Shown: one piece after another, positions 59,401 to 64,000 of the stretch
Layout of the letters: the number at the start of each line of letters is the position of its first letter
Numbering within the stretch: the first letter of the stretch is position 1
NCBI GenBank assembly: GCA_012295275.1
Contig: CM022671.1
Span: forward strand, 28,148,001-28,212,000
Length of the DNA: 64,000 nt
Source of the DNA: Chrysomallon squamiferum
Taxonomy: Eukaryota; Animalia; Mollusca
Direction of reading: 5' to 3'
Notes under the pieces: generated by a model
Told to the model about the DNA's origin: nothing
Seen by the model: only the letters and a program-made list of their open reading frames with translations
Databases searched by the model: none
Made by a program: the position numbers and the translations under genes

Positions 59401-62372
59401 AAGCAGAAATCCTGGAACCAGAAATTTTTCATTTAAATCCTTCTAACAGTGATAATGAGAAATTCAGAAAGTTTACTAAGTATGTTCTTGATAATTATCA
59501 TCTGACACAGTCGTTACAATAATCAAATTAAAAAGTGCTAGTTCATATCGTCTGATAATTTGTTTCTAGATTAATTCCATTTTATTTTTCATATTATAAA
59601 TTTTTGTATTTTATGTTCCGAAAGCTGTTGAGACTAATGAAACTAGAATTTTAATTGTTTAAAATCTGTATATAGTGAAGTACTTTAAAAATAATTTATA
59701 TATTTAATCATTTATAATCATACATGTTTAAAATATTTAAGATTTAATTTAAATTAAGAAGCATTTGATAGGAATAAAAATATGTATCATTTATATAATT
59801 ATATATAGTTTTAATTACATATTAATTAATTCTGACTCCTCAAAATGCAGATGTTACTTTATTTTCCAGAAAAAGTCTGTTTTAAAATGAATTAAAGCTT
59901 TGAAAACAAATTTAAGGTTCAGTTATCGTATCATTTAATTACAATTCTAAGTTATTATATCATTTAATTATAATGCAAACTGTATTTTTCCGAGATCTAA
60001 TTTGTTTATTATTAGGTTTCTTCCAGAATCTTTATCTTGGTACGGAGCTTACTGGTACAAGGCGTTTCCTTTAGACATGAGTCAGTACAAAAGATTATTC
60101 AAATCCACTCGCATACCTAGGTGATTCTAGATGATTCTAGATTTCTTAATTAAAGCAAAGTTGTCTCAGGTTTTAAGAGGAACACTTCTACTATTGTCAC
60201 AGATAGAAAACAAGGAATTATTTATTAGTTGTTGAAAGAATAGATTATAAAGTTTAATTGAGAAGTTAATACTACAAAGTTAGCACTAGTATGGCATGCA
60301 AATGTATATTTTTATAATAAAATTTACATTGTTAGTAATATTTGCTAATAGACAGTTTTACATTATGTCAACACTGCTAGTGATATTTATAAAGGGACAG
60401 TTTTATCATAAAGACAAAATAACTAGTGTGATGTTCAAATAGACAGTTTTATCATAAATTGTTTTATTACAGGAAAGGCAAAGATGAGTTGTATACTGAC
60501 AAGTCTAGTCGACATCTTGTTGTGTTGAGGAAAGGAAACTTTTACATCTTTGATGTTCTTGATTCTAATGGTATTTTTCTCAATTTCTTCTTCATCTGTT
60601 TTACAAAAAGGAAGGTGCTTTTCTTTAAGCATTTGTTTTTGTCTAGTTATTTTTTACTGTTAGAGCCAGCTCTTAGTTTTTACGTAAAATAATTTTTAGT
60701 AATTTGACTGATCCATCCCTGTTTATAAACAAAAATAACAAACATAAACTGATGTAAATCTTATACTTGTATTTCAATTCTGAATTTTGTCTTGAGATCA
60801 TTTTTAATTATCTCTAATAGTAACAGTAAATTTGGATTCAGAAAATATACTTTTATGATTTAGAAACAAATAACTATTTTCTTAAATATTAGTCTGTAAC
60901 TTAATGATTTATTATATTTCTATTTTCACTTTTGTCAGGCAATGTACATACAGCTGAAGAAATAATGTCCCACATAAAATATATTCTTGAGGACATAACA
61001 GCTGAACCGGACTGTCCAGTTGGTGCTTTGACCACTGAGAACAGAGATGTGTGGGCAGCAGCAAGAGAAAAGCTCATAAAATCAGGTTAAAATATTTTAT
61101 TTATTATAGAGTTAACATAGAAGTGTATTTTCTTTGATTTATATTAACAGCCAGACATGAAAGTTAAAAAGCATAAAGTTTTTCAAATGCTTCAGTTTGA
61201 TTTGTTTGTACATTCATTTTGTGTCAAAACATTCCATCAAAAGTTAGTCATTATAATTTCAGAATGAACTGAAATATTTTCAGAATTCAGAAGAATTAAA
61301 AATGATTATGAATCTATAATTTCTTTTCTTCAAATACAAATACAAATTAAAAATACTATTTATGATACAGAATTATAATTTTTTATATATATTTTTTTTT
61401 TCAGGGAATGAAGATGCACTAAAGAAGATAGATGGAGCTCTGTTTGTTTTGGCTTTAGATGATAAAGACATGACAGATCCAAATGATGTTTCGAGAACAT
61501 TCCTTCATGGAGATGGTGTGAACAGGTCAGCCTTTCTTTTTCTTTAGATACTGCAGTTCTCTGCAGAAGTGATTTTTGAATCTCTGTTACAGTTTGTATT
61601 GCGATGGACAATTTTAATATTTTATTTAGGTTTTATATATATATATAAAGAAGATTGCCAAAAAACAACAAGTAAATATTAATGCATACAAATATATATA
61701 TATATTTATATTTATTTGTGCATTTAAAATAGGGAAGTGTTCACACACTTGTCTAGATTAAACAACATCCATTGTGCAGTTCAGTATTAGTATTAGTATT
61801 AGTATTATTTTTTAAAATTATTTTAAACAGGTGGTTTGACAAATCTTTCCAGCTGCTGATGTCAAACTGTGGGAAAGCTTGTGTGAATTTTGAACACTCC
61901 TGGGGTGATGGTGTTGCTGTTCTGAGATATTTTCGAGAGGTTTATAAAGACTCAACACAAAATCCACAGGTTCATCCTTCGACCAAACCAGCTAATGTAA
62001 ATTCGGCAGAGAAAGTGCAGCGAATTGGTATGAATGGCAGTCCTCTTTGTTGTTTTACTTTTTTCTTTTAAAGTTGATTTATAAGGAAAAATGAATTTAT
62101 CAAAATTATTCTTTTCAGTTATTTTATGGGTTTCTTTAAATGGAATTTCATATCTTTTTTTGGCCTTTAATTTTAATTTTTAATTATTTTTTTCTTGATT
62201 AGAATTCAAACTTGATGAAGCTTCAAAAGAAGCTATTAGACAGGCAAAGACAAAGTTTGAGAAAAAGACTGCTAGTGTTGATCTGCATCATCTGGAATAC
62301 AATACATTTACCAAGACAACCTGCAAAAAACAGAGACTCAGCCCAGACTCAGTTTTACAGTTAGCTATACAG
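56488..62372 (+). CDS. CPT2: Carnitine O-palmitoyltransferase 2, mitochondrial (5' part; continues beyond the window)
   Basis: Exons approx. 56488-56538, 57489-57514 (26 nt), 57892-58094, 58571-58630, 59013-59116, 59346-59479, 60016-60120, 60472-60570, 60939-61085, 61405-61525, 61831-62027, 62203-62372. Motifs [50 protein letters not shown], catalytic [14 protein letters not shown] and [11 protein letters not shown]. No stop codon in the window. Confidence 0.95.
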
Positions 62373-62681
62373 GTAAACTCTTCATCTTATACAATAATTT
62401 TTTTTTTACATACTTGATTTTACAATCACTTATATGTGTACTACATTTTATAAACACACACAGAGTAATCAATTCCTTTTACACTCACTATATTGGTAAA
62501 CTCTTCATCATTTATGTAATAAAAAAATTATTAACATACTTGATTTTACAATTAATTATATGTCTACTGTATTATATATAGAATACACTCACTTGTAAAT
62601 TGGCTGTACAAATAAATAACGTCTTGTGTAAAGAAATTGTGATCGATTTTTAACCTCTGCCTAAATGTAGTTTGAATTCTT

Positions 62682-62821
62682 TGTGCAGTGTATGGTGTGT
62701 TATCAGCTCGACAATAGTGAGTTTACTGTTGGGTTATTAAGTGCACCTAGATAAAACTGGGAGATGTGCCGACAAATAACTGTGAAGAACAGGGAATCTG
62801 TGCGATTCATCTCCCACAAAA
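62682..62821 (+). ncRNA. Box H/ACA guide RNA (probable scaRNA, U2 snRNA pseudouridylation), copy 1
   Basis: Hairpin 1 closed by GTGCA 62683-62687 / TGCAC 62742-62746, H box AGATAA 62749-62754, hairpin 2 closed by TGGGAGATG 62758-62766 / CATCTCCCA 62808-62816, and ACA 62816-62818. UGAG and GAAG lie in the apical regions. Both pockets are complementary to U2 snRNA. Confidence 0.85.
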
Positions 62822-63206
62822 TACTAATTTTACTTTGTACAATACAAGAAAATAGAGATGTACCTTTAGTAATAGAAACAAATAACCTTAATACATCCTG
62901 TTATCAATATTATTAAGTTGTTTTAATTTAATAAAGTATGATAATAAAATAGATTTCTCACTTGTAAGTTAGTTATACAGGTAAATCCTTCATCATTATT
63001 CATGTAATAAAGAATATTTATCTACTCAATTTTACAATTAAATATGTCTATCACATACACTTTTACTGTATAAAGAAATTGTATCTTTATACAGTAATCA
63101 AATACTTTTACACTCACTTGTAAGTTGGCTATGATAGTAAATCATTTCTTGTATAAAGAAATTTTGATAGATTTTAAACCTCTGCCTAAATGTAGTTTGA
63201 ATTTTT

Positions 63207-63346
63207 TGTGCAGTGTATGGTGTGTTATCAGCTTGACAATAGTGAGTTTACTGTTGGGTTATTAAGTGCACCTAGATAAAACTGGGAGATGTGCCGACAA
63301 ATAACTGTGAAGAACAGGGAATCTGTGCGATTCATCTCCCACAAAA
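63207..63346 (+). ncRNA. Box H/ACA guide RNA (probable scaRNA), copy 2
   Basis: Identical to copy 1 except AGCTCGAC>AGCTTGAC (C-G to U-G pair, structure-compatible). ACA at 63341-63343. Confidence 0.85.
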
Positions 63347-63365
63347 TACTTATTTTACTTTCTAC

Positions 63366-63399
<34 letters not shown>

Positions 63400-63818
63400 G
63401 AAAATAAAGATGTACCTTTAGTAACAGAAACAAATAACCTTAATACATCTTTCTATCAACATTATACTTATGTTTTAGTTTAATAAAGTATGACAATAAA
63501 ATAAATTCTTCGTTGATCATGAAGCCTTAATACTTCCTTTTATCCACATTATTATTTTGTTTTTGTTTAATAAAGTACGACAATGAAATAAATTTCTCAC
63601 TTGTAAGTTAGTTATACAGTAAACGATTCATCATTATTTATGTTATAAAAAAATATTTATATACTCAGTTTTACAGTTACATATGTCTACCACATTTTAT
63701 TCACAGTAATCAAATACTTTTACACTCACTTGTAAGTTGGCTATACATATAAATAATTTCTTGTATAAAGAAACTGTGATAGAATTTAAACCTTTGCAAA
63801 CCTGAAGTTTGAAGTCTT

Positions 63819-63958
63819 TGTGCAGTGTTTGGTGTGTTATCAGCTTGACAATAGTGAGTTTACTGTTGGGTTATTAAGTGCACCTAGATAAAACTGGGAG
63901 ATGTGCCGACAAATAACTGTGAAGAACAGGGAATCTGTGCGATTCATCTCCCACAAAA
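63819..63958 (+). ncRNA. Box H/ACA guide RNA (probable scaRNA), copy 3
   Basis: Same as copy 2 plus one change (GTGTATGG>GTGTTTGG) outside the predicted guide pairing. ACA at 63953-63955. Confidence 0.85.
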
Positions 63959-64000
63959 TACTTATTTTACTTTCTACCATACATATAGAAGAAAATAAAG

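Larger units (their letters stand above)
62361..64000 (+). repeat. Tandem repeat, about 3 units of 525-612 bp, starting at the CPT2 exon/intron junction
   Basis: Unit-start motif TTAG(C/T)TATACAG(G)TAAA at 62361, 62969 and 63608. Shared blocks CACTCACTTGTAA.TTGGCT, TAAAGAAA.T.TGAT and a 140-nt near-invariant core. Truncated by the window end. Confidence 0.93.

Noticed and set aside
60351-60458. Short direct repeats GACAGTTTTA(TCATAAA), three copies
   Set aside because: Local slippage-type duplication next to an acceptor with no further structure.
63289-63483. 64-aa ORF within the repeat as a CPT2 exon or peptide
   Set aside because: No CPT2 motifs, runs through a (TA)n tract, and overlaps the predicted RNA structure.
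62361-64000. CRISPR array or plain satellite reading of the terminal repeat
   Set aside because: The context is a eukaryotic intron, units are over 500 bp, and the spacers are homologous to one another. The conserved core is better explained by an H/ACA RNA.

Overview
AT-rich, microsatellite-dense, intron-containing animal DNA. It is probably an invertebrate such as a mollusc or cephalopod, but that is inferred from composition only. Nine spliced protein-coding genes were assembled by hand from GT-AG exons: HDAC11 (+), TIM17 (+), PRP18 (-), an uncharacterised signal-peptide EEP-fold phosphoesterase with a transmembrane insert (+), two tandem SLC2A13/HMIT-like sugar-porter paralogs (-), ZMYND10 (-), alpha-L-fucosidase (+) and the 5' part of CPT2 (+). 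The most notable signal lies in the last visible CPT2 intron: a 525-612 bp tandem repeat carrying three near-identical 140-nt box H/ACA RNAs with CAB-like loops. Their two pockets are complementary to U2 snRNA around U60 and U6/U7, suggesting an amplified scaRNA cluster. Other points of interest are a sugar-porter paralog that has lost three polar substrate-binding residues, HDAC11 terminal extensions ending in KDDL, the split-active-site membrane EEP, and an RFX/forkhead-bearing bidirectional ZMYND10-FUCA promoter. Exon boundaries were read by eye and could be off by a few bases.
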